Shown one piece after another: positions 1 through 9,325 of a stretch of DNA of 42,114 bases. Under the pieces are notes generated by a model. The model worked only from the letters and a program-made list of their open reading frames with translations. It was not told where the DNA came from and searched no databases. Origin of the DNA: Rhodocyclales bacterium (GTDB lineage: Bacteria; Pseudomonadota; Gammaproteobacteria; Burkholderiales; Rhodocyclaceae); the NCBI GenBank assembly GCA_050872585.1, contig JBNMHE010000001.1, positions 1 to 42,114 on the forward strand, given 5' to 3'. The number at the start of each line of letters is the position of its first letter. Within the stretch, counting starts at the first letter, position 1. A program made the position numbers and the translations under genes.

Positions 1-147
1 ATTTTTTTCATGTAAATTATACACTCCTTATAATTATAAATAACTTTTATATTAACCAATTATTTTTAATTTAAATCATTTTAAAAATTTTTAATTTTTT
101 AATTTTTTAATTTTTTAAACGATGGCGTTATTTTTTTGATAAAAAAA

Positions 148-224
148 TGGTCGGAGTGACAGGATTCGAACCTACGACCCCTGCGTCCCGAACGCAGTGC
201 TCTACCGGGCTGAGCTACACTCCG
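148..224 (-). tRNA. tRNA-Pro (anticodon CGG)
   Basis: The reverse complement is a 77-nt cloverleaf with acceptor CGGAGTG/CACTCCG, anticodon loop TTCGGGA, T-loop TTCGAAT and an encoded CCA. Confidence 0.9.
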
Positions 225-230
225 ACAAAC

Positions 231-1205
231 TTAATTGCGGCGAGATACCGCAAAAATCGGCAATTCTAACAGGGCATTTTTGTATTGTGAAGCACTTAAA
301 ACATTTTCAATGGCATCTTTGGCTTTTTGCGCTTCTTGTTGGGCAATTTTTTGGGTGTAAGACAAAGCGTTGGTGTTGTTAATGGCATTGAATACTTTTT
401 TAAAATCTGCCCTGCCGCCCGATTCAATTGCCGTTTTCACCGCCGCCACATCCGCTTGTGTGCCGTGATTCAAAACGTAAATCAACGGCAATGTGGGTTT
501 GCCTTCTGCCAAATCATCGCCCAAATGTTTGCCAATTTCGGCTTCATTGCCGGAATAATCCAAAACATCGTCAATCAACTGAAACGCCGTGCCCAAATAC
601 ATGCCGTAATCGCCCAAAGCATTTTGTGTTTGCAAATCCACACCTGCCAAAATGGCGGCAGTGCGTGCCGCCGCTTCAAAAAGGCGAGCAGTTTTAAAAT
701 GAATCACTTGCATATAACGCGATTCCGACACATTCGCATCGTGGCAATTCAACAATTGCAAAACCTCGCCTTCGGCAATGGTGTTGGTGGCAGAAGACAT
801 CTCTTGCATAATCGGCATAGAATCAATTTTCACCATCCATTCAAAAGCGCGGGAATACAAAAAATCCCCCACCAAAACACTTGCCGCATTGCCAAACACC
901 GCATTGGCGCTTTTTTTGGCGCGCCGCATATCCGATTCATCCACCACATCATCGTGCAATAGCGTAGCGGTGTGAATGCATTCAATCACGGCTGCCATTG
1001 TGTATTTTTCCACACCTTGCACATTCAATGCATTGGCAATTAACAAATGCAAAATGGGGCGCAGCCGCTTGCCACCGCTTTGAATAATGTATTGCGCTAT
1101 TTGCGAAATCAACGCCACTTCGCTTTTTAAAGCCTTTCTAATTTCAGAATCCAAGGCGTTTAAATCGTCTTTGAGCAATGCCAAAACGTTGTGAATGCTG
1201 GTCAT
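231..1205 (-). CDS. ispB: octaprenyl-diphosphate synthase (trans-polyprenyl diphosphate synthase)
   Basis: 324-aa ORF with both aspartate-rich motifs (LLHDDVVDESDMRR and QLIDDVLDY) and the length typical of IspB. Confidence 0.85.
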   Translation of the reverse strand: MTSIHNVLALLKDDLNALDSEIRKALKSEVALISQIAQYIIQSGGKRLRPILHLLIANALNVQGVEKYTMAAVIECIHTATLLHDDVVDESDMRRAKKSANAVFGNAASVLVGDFLYSRAFEWMVKIDSMPIMQEMSSATNTIAEGEVLQLLNCHDANVSESRYMQVIHFKTARLFEAAARTAAILAGVDLQTQNALGDYGMYLGTAFQLIDDVLDYSGNEAEIGKHLGDDLAEGKPTLPLIYVLNHGTQADVAAVKTAIESGGRADFKKVFNAINNTNALSYTQKIAQQEAQKAKDAIENVLSASQYKNALLELPIFAVSRRN

Positions 1206-1209
1206 TTTT

Positions 1210-2694
1210 TTATTCTGGGCGCATATGCGGAAACAAAATTACATCGCGAATGGAAGGCGAATCGGTTAAAAGCATCACCAAGCGGTCAATGCCGATGCCG
1301 CAACCGCCAGTTGGCGCCAAACCATATTCCAAAGCGCGAATGTAGTCGGAATCAAAATACATGGCTTCTTCATCGCCGGCATCTTTGGCTTTCACTTGTT
1401 CTTCAAAGCGCGCGGCTTGGTCTTCGGGGTCGTTTAATTCCGAAAAGCCGTTGGCAAGTTCGCGCCCAACCACAAACAATTCAAAACGTTCAGTAATGTT
1501 TTCTGTTTTATCCGATTTTCGCGCCAAGGGGCTAACTTCCACGGGATAATCCACAATAAAAGTCGGCTGCCACATTTCTTTTTCCGCACACGCTTCAAAA
1601 AGTTGCAACTGCAAAGCACCTAAGGCGCCCGGTGTAACTTCTTCACCAAAATGGCGAATTTTTTCTTTTAAAAAGGATTCATTTTTTAAATCTGAATCGT
1701 TCATTTCCGGATGCACTTTTTGAATGGCTTGCAAAATTGTTAAGCGTTCAAAAGGTTTGGACAAATCCACCATTTTGCCTTGGTATTCTATTTGCAACGT
1801 GCCGCAAACGCTTTGCGCCAGTTTTTTTAAGAGATTTTCGGTGAAATTCATCACGTCTTCATAATCGGCATAAGCGCAATAAAACTCCATCATCGTAAAT
1901 TCGGGATTGTGCCGAGGCGACAAACCTTCATTCCTAAAATTGCGATTGAGTTCAAAAACCTTTTCAAAACCGCCCACCACCAAACGTTTTAAATAAAGTT
2001 CAGGGGCAATGCGCAAAAACATCGGCAAATCCAAGGCATTGTGGTGCGTTACAAAAGGTTTGGCGGATGCACCACCCGGAATGGGATGCATCATCGGCGT
2101 TTCCACTTCCATAAAACCTTCGCCACGCATCAAATCGCGCAAGGTATGCAAAATTTCGGAACGTTTTAAAAAAACCGCACGGGATTTTTCATTCACAATC
2201 AAATCCACATAACGTTGGCGGTATTTTTGTTCAATATCTGCTAAACCGTGGAATTTGTCCGGCAGTGGCCGCAAACTTTTTGAAAGCAAGCAAATTTTTT
2301 CAGCATGCAAGGTTAATTCGCCCGTTTGGGTTATCATTAAAAAACCGCAAACGCCAGCAATATCGCCCAAATCAAAACGTTTGAAATCTGTGTAAGCGTC
2401 TTCGCCCACGCTGGCGCGGCTTACATAAACCTGCAAACGTGAAGACATATCTTGCAAGGTTGCAAAAGCGGCTTTGCCCATCACGCGTTTTAAAAGCATT
2501 CTGCCGGCAATTGAAAAATGCTTTTTGTTTTGCGCCAAATCTTCTGCTGATTCGCCATCAAATTGCGCGTGCAAATCGGCATTCAATGCGTTGCGTTTGA
2601 AGTTGTTTGGGTAAGCACCGCCATTCGCGCGCCATTCGGCAAGTTTGGCGCGGCGCTCTGCCAAAATGTGGTTATCGTGGTTGTCATCCGCCAT
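1210..2694 (-). CDS. lysS: lysine--tRNA ligase, class II
   Basis: 494-aa ORF. It carries class II motifs ([26 protein letters not shown]) and a C-terminus near-identical in pattern to proteobacterial LysS. Confidence 0.95.
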   Translation of the reverse strand: MADDNHDNHILAERRAKLAEWRANGGAYPNNFKRNALNADLHAQFDGESAEDLAQNKKHFSIAGRMLLKRVMGKAAFATLQDMSSRLQVYVSRASVGEDAYTDFKRFDLGDIAGVCGFLMITQTGELTLHAEKICLLSKSLRPLPDKFHGLADIEQKYRQRYVDLIVNEKSRAVFLKRSEILHTLRDLMRGEGFMEVETPMMHPIPGGASAKPFVTHHNALDLPMFLRIAPELYLKRLVVGGFEKVFELNRNFRNEGLSPRHNPEFTMMEFYCAYADYEDVMNFTENLLKKLAQSVCGTLQIEYQGKMVDLSKPFERLTILQAIQKVHPEMNDSDLKNESFLKEKIRHFGEEVTPGALGALQLQLFEACAEKEMWQPTFIVDYPVEVSPLARKSDKTENITERFELFVVGRELANGFSELNDPEDQAARFEEQVKAKDAGDEEAMYFDSDYIRALEYGLAPTGGCGIGIDRLVMLLTDSPSIRDVILFPHMRPE

Positions 2695-2765
2695 AACAAT
2701 TTATTTGCAATTTAAAAAAGCGCAATTTTGGCACGTTTGGCTTATTTTTTTGAAAAAAATTTCAC

Positions 2766-2832
2766 GTTGACCGTGGATTTTTTTTAAATTTTTTAAAATT
2801 TTTCAGCACTTTTAAAAAAATCCACGGTCAAC
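2766..2832. terminator. inverted pair of the 12-mer repeat (GTTGACCGTGGA at 2766-2777, TCCACGGTCAAC at 2821-2832); putative intrinsic terminator after menA
   Basis: The 12-bp arms are exactly complementary and flanked by T and A runs. The pair lies 21 nt downstream of the menA stop. Confidence 0.5.
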
Positions 2833-2852
2833 CCAAATTTTTTTTTGATTTT

Positions 2853-3710
2853 TCAAAAAGACAAAAAACAACAACCCAACAAAATAGAAAACACAAATTG
2901 CAAGCGGGCGCAAAAAGCCAACAAAGCATTTAAAGCGTGGGCGGATTCAGTAAAAAATCGTTGGATTGCCCAAATGGCAAAAGGCAAACACAAAAAAGGC
3001 AAATAACATTGCAAAAAAGGCAACATCAAAAAAGGCAACAAAACTTCCAATGCAAAAATCCATTTGATTTTTTGCTTGCCCAAACAAACGGCAAGCGTGT
3101 TTTTGTTGTTTTTTTTGTCTTCGTTGAAATCGCGGTAATTGTTGATGGTCATCACCGATGCCGCCAGCAAACCCGTTAAACAAGAAAGAAAAAAAACATT
3201 CCAAGAAAACAAAAAGGTTTGCACATAAAAACCGCCGCAAACCGCCACAATGCCAAAAAAAATAAGCACAAACACTTCGCCAAAAGGATGATAAGCAATG
3301 GGATATTTGCCGCCCGTGTAAGCCCAACCTGAAAACAAAGAAGCAATGCCAATCAAAAAAATGAGCCAACCTGCCCAAAAAATCAAATAAATGCCGCCCA
3401 AAAGCGCCAAGAAAAAAACAAAAAACGCCATTGTTTTCACACTTTTGGCAGACAAATAACCTTGTGCCACCACGCGCGGCGGGCCCAAACGCGCTTTGGT
3501 ATCGGCGCCTTTTTCAAAGTCAAAAACATCGTTGAACAAATTGGTGCCGATTTGAATGCACAACGCAGAAAACAAGGTGATTAAAAAAGGTAAAAAATAA
3601 AATGTGCCGTTTTGACAATACGCCAACATCGCGGACAAAATCACAGGCGATGCAGAAAGCGGCAAAGTTCTGGGACGAATGGCAAGCCACCAACAATCAA
3701 ACCAAGACAT
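2853..3710 (-). CDS. menA: 1,4-dihydroxy-2-naphthoate polyprenyltransferase (UbiA superfamily)
   Basis: 285-aa polytopic membrane ORF. The motif [20 protein letters not shown] parallels E. coli MenA NDYGDAVKGSD...R.GP.R. Confidence 0.75.
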   Translation of the reverse strand: MSWFDCWWLAIRPRTLPLSASPVILSAMLAYCQNGTFYFLPFLITLFSALCIQIGTNLFNDVFDFEKGADTKARLGPPRVVAQGYLSAKSVKTMAFFVFFLALLGGIYLIFWAGWLIFLIGIASLFSGWAYTGGKYPIAYHPFGEVFVLIFFGIVAVCGGFYVQTFLFSWNVFFLSCLTGLLAASVMTINNYRDFNEDKKNNKNTLAVCLGKQKIKWIFALEVLLPFLMLPFLQCYLPFLCLPFAIWAIQRFFTESAHALNALLAFCARLQFVFSILLGCCFLSF

Positions 3711-3771
3711 AAAAAAAGTTTTAAAAGCAAAAAGGCAAAAGTATAAAATGCGTTTTACAAAAAAATTTCAG

Positions 3772-3783
3772 GTTGACCGTGGA
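3772..3783 (+). repeat. 12-mer repeat copy (GTTGACCGTGGA) overlapping the uvrC start
   Basis: Exact match preceded by AAAAAAATTTCAG. Confidence 0.95.
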
Positions 3784-5596
3784 AAAACGTTTTGATGCCC
3801 ATTTGTTTTTAAAAAATGCGCCGGAAAAACCCGGCGTTTATCGCATGTGGGATAAAAATCACAACCTGCTCTACGTGGGCAAAGCCAAAAATCTTAAAAA
3901 ACGCTTGGCATCCTATTTTCAAAAAAACACCAAAAGTGCGCGCATAGCCTCGATGGTTTCTCAAATTGCCCACATTGATTTGAGCATCACGCACACGGAA
4001 AAAGAAGCGCTTTTGTTGGAAAGCAATTTGATTAAAACCCAAAACCCGCGCTACAACATTATTTTTCGGGATGACAAATCTTATCCGTATATTGCGCTCT
4101 CGCGCGAAGATTATCCGCGCTTGTTGTTTTTTCGCGGCAAACCCAACAAAAATGCCGATTATTTTGGTCCTTTTCCCAACGCCAACGCGGTGCGTGAAAG
4201 TATGGCGGCATTAGAAAAAATCTTCAAATTGCGCACGTGTGAAAACAGCGTTTTTCGTTTTAGAACACGCCCTTGTTTGCTTTTTCAAATCAAACGTTGT
4301 TCGGGTGCTTGCACGGGCGAAATTGCGCAAAATGCTTATTTTGAAGATGTGCAAATGGCGCGCCTTTTTTTAAGCGGAAAAAGCGCGCAGGTTTTGCAAA
4401 ATTTAAAAAATGCGATGGCGGCTGCCGCCCAAAATCTGGCTTTTGAATCGGCAATGCGTTACCGCGACCAAATCAACGCCTTAAATGCTTTGTTGGAAAA
4501 ACAAGCCATTGCCACAAAAACGCGCCATCCTATTGATATTGTTGGCATTGCGATTGTGGAAGGCAAAACTTGCGCAAGCGTAGCATTTGTGCGAGACGGG
4601 CAATATTTGGGCGAGCGCGCGTTTTTTCCGCAAAATGATAAAAATTTAGACGAATCGGATATTCCCAACATTTTGGAAGCCTTTTTAAGCGATTTTTATA
4701 GCCATCACGAATCGCCCAAAACATTGATTTTAAAAGAAAATTTAAGCGAGGAAGCGGCAGAGTTTTTGATTTCAAGTTTTGGTTGTTCTATCAAAACCCC
4801 AAAAAATCGCCTAGAAAAAGCGTGGGTGGATTTGTGCGCGCAAAATGCCTTGGAAACTTTAATGCGCCAGCAAACAACGCAAAATAATGCGGCAATGCGC
4901 CACAAGCAATTGGAAGAAATTTTAAAAATGGACATTGCCCGCGTGGAATGTTTTGACATCAGCCACACGCAGGGCGAAAAAACGGTGGCATCCTGCGTGG
5001 TTTATCAAGATTTTGCGATGCGCCACAAGGATTATCGGCAATTCAACATTGAAAACATCACGCCCGGTGACGATTATGCCGCGATGAATCAAGCTTTATC
5101 CCGCCGCTACGCTTCGGTTTTAAAAAACGGCGGCGTGTTGCCCAGTTTAATTTTGATTGACGGCGGATTGGGTCAAGTTAAAAAAGCGCAAAAAGCCTTG
5201 GAAGAAATCGGCTTATCGGGTTTGCCGCTCTTAGGCGTTGCCAAAGGTGTAGAAAGAAAAGCGGGGTTGGAAGAATTGATTTTGCTCACAGAAAATGTTG
5301 TTCATCGTTTTCGCCTGCCGCCTGAAAATTGGGCGCTGCATTTAATCCAAGAAATTCGCGATGAATCGCATCGCTTTGCCATCACACGCCACCGCGCGCG
5401 CCGCGCAAAATCGCGCAAACGCTCCATTTTGGACGATATTGCCGGAATCGGCGCCCAACGCCGCAAAGCTTTAATTGCGCATTTTGGCAGTGTTTCTGCT
5501 TTAAAAAACGCCACTTTAAAAGAAATTTTAAGCATTCCCAAAATGCCCAAAAAAGTGGCAGAAGAAATTGTTGCCGCTTTCAAAAATCCACGGTAA
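3779..5596 (+). CDS. uvrC: excinuclease ABC subunit C
   Basis: The GIY-YIG N-terminus (PGVYRMWDKNHNLLYVGKAKNLKKRLASYF) aligns with E. coli UvrC from residue 5. GTG at 3779 gives the same N-terminal length as E. coli; TTG at 3773 is the alternative. There is no ATG upstream of the conserved FDA motif. Confidence 0.9.
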   Translation: MEKRFDAHLFLKNAPEKPGVYRMWDKNHNLLYVGKAKNLKKRLASYFQKNTKSARIASMVSQIAHIDLSITHTEKEALLLESNLIKTQNPRYNIIFRDDKSYPYIALSREDYPRLLFFRGKPNKNADYFGPFPNANAVRESMAALEKIFKLRTCENSVFRFRTRPCLLFQIKRCSGACTGEIAQNAYFEDVQMARLFLSGKSAQVLQNLKNAMAAAAQNLAFESAMRYRDQINALNALLEKQAIATKTRHPIDIVGIAIVEGKTCASVAFVRDGQYLGERAFFPQNDKNLDESDIPNILEAFLSDFYSHHESPKTLILKENLSEEAAEFLISSFGCSIKTPKNRLEKAWVDLCAQNALETLMRQQTTQNNAAMRHKQLEEILKMDIARVECFDISHTQGEKTVASCVVYQDFAMRHKDYRQFNIENITPGDDYAAMNQALSRRYASVLKNGGVLPSLILIDGGLGQVKKAQKALEEIGLSGLPLLGVAKGVERKAGLEELILLTENVVHRFRLPPENWALHLIQEIRDESHRFAITRHRARRAKSRKRSILDDIAGIGAQRRKALIAHFGSVSALKNATLKEILSIPKMPKKVAEEIVAAFKNPR

Positions 5597-5637
5597 ACCC
5601 AATATTTTTTTGAAAAAAAAACGCAGTTGACCGTGGA
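5587..5637. terminator. inverted pair of the 12-mer repeat (variant TCCACGGTAAAC at 5587-5598, GTTGACCGTGGA at 5626-5637) after uvrC
   Basis: The arms are complementary apart from one mismatch. The first arm contains the uvrC TAA stop (5594-5596). Confidence 0.45.
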
Positions 5638-5687
5638 AAATCAAAAATTAAAATGTTTTGTTTCAAACTTCATCACCACTTTTTAAA

Positions 5688-6251
5688 ATGCCTTTGAATT
5701 TGCCTATCTTCTTAACGTGGTGCCGCATTGTTGCCATTTTGTTTTTGGTCGGCATTTATTATGTGCCCGAGCCGTGGCTTGCAATGTCGGCACGCAATGT
5801 TTTTGCCAGCCTGATTTTTATTTTGGCAGCGCTTACCGATTGGTTGGATGGCTTTTTGGCGCGGCGCTTAAACCAAACTTCCGCATTTGGCGCTTTTTTA
5901 GACCCGGTTGCCGACAAATTGATGGTGGCAACAACGCTGATTTTGTTGCTGGAATTGGGGCGCTGTGATGCCATTTTGGCGCTTGTTATCATCGGGCGCG
6001 AAATCACCATTTCGGCGCTGCGCGAATGGATGGCAAAAGTGGGCAAAAGCAAATCGGTTGCGGTGTCAATGATTGGCAAAATCAAAACCAGCGCGCAAAT
6101 GCTGGCACTGCCTTTGTTGCTTTACGCCGCGCCAATTTTTGGCATCAACACGCTTTTTTGTGGCAAAGTTTTGCTCTCCCTTGCCGCCTTTTTAACCTTG
6201 TGGTCAATGTTTTATTACCTTTCCAAAGCCTTGCCTGCTTTCAAAGAATAA
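5688..6251 (+). CDS. pgsA: CDP-diacylglycerol--glycerol-3-phosphate 3-phosphatidyltransferase
   Basis: It has the CDP-alcohol phosphatidyltransferase motif DGFLARRLNQTSAFGAFLDPVADK. ATG at 5688 gives MPLNLPIFLTWCRI, matching the E. coli PgsA N-terminus; the ORF track start at 5658 is probably too early. Confidence 0.9.
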   Translation: MPLNLPIFLTWCRIVAILFLVGIYYVPEPWLAMSARNVFASLIFILAALTDWLDGFLARRLNQTSAFGAFLDPVADKLMVATTLILLLELGRCDAILALVIIGREITISALREWMAKVGKSKSVAVSMIGKIKTSAQMLALPLLLYAAPIFGINTLFCGKVLLSLAAFLTLWSMFYYLSKALPAFKE

Positions 6252-6256
6252 AAAAA

Positions 6257-6307
6257 TCCACGGTCAATGTGAAAAAATTTTCAAAAAAACAATCGGTTGA
6301 CCGTGGA
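6257..6307. terminator. inverted pair of the 12-mer repeat (variant TCCACGGTCAAT at 6257-6268, GTTGACCGTGGA at 6296-6307) after pgsA
   Basis: The hairpin arms start 6 nt after the pgsA stop and are followed by a T6 run. Confidence 0.5.
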
Positions 6308-6371
6308 TTTTTTACCTAACCCATTGATTTTTAAAGGAAAACAAAATAAAATGAAGACGCAAATTAAAAAT

Positions 6372-6427
<56 letters not shown>

Positions 6428-6441
6428 CAGCCGAGCCGCTT

Positions 6442-7449
6442 TTGAGCATCATTGTGCCGGTTTACAATGTTGAAAAATATTTGCCTGAAACCATCCAAAG
6501 CGTCCTTTGCCAACATTTTGAACATTACGAAGCCATTTTTGTCAATGATGCTTCCACCGATTCTTGTCCTTCTCTTCTCAACAAAACGCAACAAGAACAT
6601 CCGCACAAAATCAAAGTCATTCATTTAAAAGAAAATCGCGGAACACATTACGCGCGAAAAATCGGCGTGCAGCACGCCACTGGAAAATTCATCAGCTTTT
6701 TGGATGGCGATGATACTTTCTTGCCCCATGCTTTTGAAACCATGGCTTGCGAAATGCACAAAAATCCAGCAGATATTTTGCGGTTTGATGTGGCATTTTG
6801 CGATTTGTCTTCCAACATTCTTTCCCGCAAAACCGGCTTTGAAGAATGGTTTAATCCAAGTTTTGCACCCGTTTTCGGTCATCAACAAGTTTTGGCGCAT
6901 CTTTTTTTAAAGAAAAATGCCGCACACAATGTTTTTGCCGCGCTTTATCCTGCCGCGTTAATTCAAAAAACTTTTGAACATTTAAGCAATGCATGGATTG
7001 TTTCTTGCGAAGACCAATACACCACGCTGATTTTGGCGCATTTTGCCCAAAGTTTGCGCCAAGTGAATGTGCCCGTTTATGTTTATCGTTTGGGTTCAGG
7101 CGTTTCGTTTAACCAAATGGATTTAAACAAAGCCGCACTTTTGTTGTTGTCTTTTTTGAATATTGAAAAAGGTTTAAAAAATTTTCCACTGCATGCCAGC
7201 GTGCAACATTACGCCCAAAATTTTCCCAAAGAGCGCGCCAATGGCGTTGCAAAAGCCTATTTGAATGCGTGGGAAAACATGGTGCATGGCGTTTTTGAAA
7301 ACGAACAACAAGCACATTTTGCGCTTTATCACGCATCTTTGCGCGCCATTCCAATGAGCCGCGCAGAAAAATTAGGCAAATTTTTGTTGTTCCCTTTTTA
7401 TTGGCTTCAAAAAATCTTTCAAAAATTGAAAAACAATAAAAACAATTAA
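6442..7449 (+). CDS. family 2 glycosyltransferase, putatively phase-variable
   Basis: 335-aa ORF beginning SIIVPVYNVEKYL...VNDASTD...FLDGDD, a GT2 signature. The TTG at 6442 is only the first in-frame start after a stop. The upstream ATG at 6351 with an AAGGA Shine-Dalgarno sequence is one frame off at 14 repeat units. Confidence 0.8.
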   Translation: MSIIVPVYNVEKYLPETIQSVLCQHFEHYEAIFVNDASTDSCPSLLNKTQQEHPHKIKVIHLKENRGTHYARKIGVQHATGKFISFLDGDDTFLPHAFETMACEMHKNPADILRFDVAFCDLSSNILSRKTGFEEWFNPSFAPVFGHQQVLAHLFLKKNAAHNVFAALYPAALIQKTFEHLSNAWIVSCEDQYTTLILAHFAQSLRQVNVPVYVYRLGSGVSFNQMDLNKAALLLLSFLNIEKGLKNFPLHASVQHYAQNFPKERANGVAKAYLNAWENMVHGVFENEQQAHFALYHASLRAIPMSRAEKLGKFLLFPFYWLQKIFQKLKNNKNN

Positions 7450-7473
7450 AAAAAATAATTAAAAAACAAAAAA

Positions 7474-7485
7474 TCCACGGTCAAC
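7474..7485 (-). repeat. 12-mer repeat copy (plus strand reads TCCACGGTCAAC)
   Basis: Exact match in the convergent gap between the GT2 gene and the oxidoreductase gene. Confidence 0.95.
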
Positions 7486-7533
7486 GTCAAATTTTTTTTA
7501 TTTTTTTAATTAAAAAAAAATAAAAAATAAAAA

Positions 7534-8640
7534 TTAGTTTTCAATATGAAATTGTGCAACAAAGCGTTTGTCGCGCCAGAGTTTCCAACGCCAATTCCAA
7601 TAACCAGCGGCGGTAAAAGCGCCGTAGTTCATCAAGCCAACTTTGGGTCCGGTGTTTAAAATAGACAGCGTTCTTTTGGGCAAAGGCACATCAATTAAGG
7701 GTTTGCCTTGTATTTGCCGATACAAATTTTGATTGAGTGCCGCCGCACAAGCAAAAGCATAAGCACTGGAGCGCTCAAAATAAGAATCGGTGCGGCTGGC
7801 GCAATCGCCCGAAGCAAAAATAAAACGATTGCTGCTTTGTTGGTGATGGTTCGCCGCAAAAAAACCATCCGCACACAAAGACAAACCGCTATGGCGAAAC
7901 CAATTTTGCGGTTGAACCGTGGTGGCAACCAAAACAAAATCCACCGGCAACAGTTCGCCCTCGCCCAAAATTAAGCCATTTTTGCCGGCATAAGCTTTGC
8001 CATGGATGATGCTGATTTTACGGTCTTCAAGCATTTCTTGCGCCAAATGGCGCGCGTCTTTGGAAAAAGTAGGCAACAAGCCATCGCCCGTAATTAAAGA
8101 AATTTTAACGTGGCGCGCTTCCACAATACGCGTTAAACGCCAATGTGTAATCAATGCCAATTCCACGCCTGCCGCACCGCCCCCCAAAACAGCCACGCGA
8201 ATTTTATTGTGCCGCTTGGCCGATTGAATCAACATTTGCCATTCCAATGCAAAATTTTCCAACGGACGCACGGGAATCAAACGGTATGCTTCGCTTTCCA
8301 AATACAAACTATCAATTTGGCCGCCCAACGACAACGACAAAACATCATACGGCACGGATTGCCCAGATTTCAAACGCACCGAGCGGCAAGCTTCATCCAA
8401 ACCACAAACGCAATCTTCAATCCATTCCACATTGGCTTTTTGGGCAAGTTTTGCCACATCAATGGCGCAAGCATCCAAAGGCGCATTGCCGCACATCCAA
8501 TGTGTGAGCATTCCTGCGTGCCATTGTTGTTTGTCGTTGTTGATTAAAGTAACGTGAATGTCTTTCCAAGGTTGCTTTAAAAGTGTTTTCAACACAACCA
8601 AATGGGCAAAACCAGCACCTGCCAAAACCAAATTTTTCAT
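7534..8640 (-). CDS. FAD-dependent pyridine nucleotide-disulfide oxidoreductase (NDH-2/SQR-like family)
   Basis: 368-aa ORF with two Rossmann dinucleotide motifs (LVLAGAGFAH and VAVLGGGAAGVELA). The pattern resembles the oxidoreductase family often found next to selD. Confidence 0.65.
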   Translation of the reverse strand: MKNLVLAGAGFAHLVVLKTLLKQPWKDIHVTLINNDKQQWHAGMLTHWMCGNAPLDACAIDVAKLAQKANVEWIEDCVCGLDEACRSVRLKSGQSVPYDVLSLSLGGQIDSLYLESEAYRLIPVRPLENFALEWQMLIQSAKRHNKIRVAVLGGGAAGVELALITHWRLTRIVEARHVKISLITGDGLLPTFSKDARHLAQEMLEDRKISIIHGKAYAGKNGLILGEGELLPVDFVLVATTVQPQNWFRHSGLSLCADGFFAANHHQQSSNRFIFASGDCASRTDSYFERSSAYAFACAAALNQNLYRQIQGKPLIDVPLPKRTLSILNTGPKVGLMNYGAFTAAGYWNWRWKLWRDKRFVAQFHIEN

Positions 8641-8652
8641 GGCATTTATTTT

Positions 8653-8712
8653 TCCACGGTCAACCCATTATTTTTTTTAAATTTTTAAAAATTTTTTTCA
8701 GTTGACCGTGGA
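8653..8712. terminator. inverted pair of the 12-mer repeat (8653-8664 and 8701-8712) after sodB
   Basis: Exact complementary arms downstream of the sodB stop (8741) on the minus strand. Confidence 0.5.
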
Positions 8713-8740
8713 AAATCCAACAAACACATTCCAAAAATTT

Positions 8741-9325
8741 TTAAGCAAAATTTTGCTCGGCAAAATCCCAATTAACCAAATGTTCCAAAAAGGATTCAAT
8801 AAATTTGGGACGCGCATTGCGGTAATCAATGTAATAAGCGTGTTCCCAAACATCCAAACACAAAATGGGCACATTGTTTTCGGTTAAAGGATTGCCGGCC
8901 GCGCCCATATTCACAATTTCCAAAGAGCCATCTGTTTTTTTAACCAACCATGTCCGGCCGGAACCAAAATTGGCAGCGGCACTTTGGGCAAAAGCGGTTT
9001 TGAAATTGGCAAAATCACCCCATTTTTGGTTAATGGCATTGAGCAAAGCGCCTTTGGGTTCGCCACCGCCAGAAGTCGGTTTTAAACATTGCCAAAAAAA
9101 GGTGTGGTTAAAAGTTTGCGCGGCATTGTTGTATAAACCGCCAGATGCATTTTGAATGACTTCTTCCAAAGGTTTGCCATTTAAAGGCGAATCTTGAATT
9201 AAGTTGTTTAAATTATTAACGTAAGTTTGGTGATGCTTGCCATAATGAAAATCCAAGGTTTCCGCAGACATATACGGCTCTAAGGCATTTTTTTCAAAAG
9301 GCAAAGCAGGCAATTCGTAAGTCAT
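8741..9325 (-). CDS. sodB: superoxide dismutase (Fe type)
   Basis: 194-aa ORF with YELPALPFEKNALEPYMSAETLDFHYGKHH and DVWEHAYYIDYRN, hallmarks of Fe/Mn-SOD. Confidence 0.93.
   Translation of the reverse strand: MTYELPALPFEKNALEPYMSAETLDFHYGKHHQTYVNNLNNLIQDSPLNGKPLEEVIQNASGGLYNNAAQTFNHTFFWQCLKPTSGGGEPKGALLNAINQKWGDFANFKTAFAQSAAANFGSGRTWLVKKTDGSLEIVNMGAAGNPLTENNVPILCLDVWEHAYYIDYRNARPKFIESFLEHLVNWDFAEQNFA

Noticed and set aside
85-116. Four tandem 8-nt units (AATTTTTT) in the extremely AT-rich leftmost 147 nt.
   Set aside because: This is low-complexity A/T sequence at the window edge with no adjacent gene start that I can support. It cannot be distinguished from slippage noise.
8702-8887. Several short track ORFs begin MTVE or MTVD (8702-8887 +, 34287-34640 +, 27977-28171 +, 41746-41967 -). 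Long N-terminal extensions of xseA (to 10575) and of the 34323 gene (to 35423) are of the same kind.
   Set aside because: They start at the TTG of the repeat core TTGACCGTGGA, so the shared N-terminus is an artefact of the repeat. They lack any recognisable domain, overlap better-supported genes or terminators, and for xseA a proper ATG with a conserved N-terminus lies downstream.
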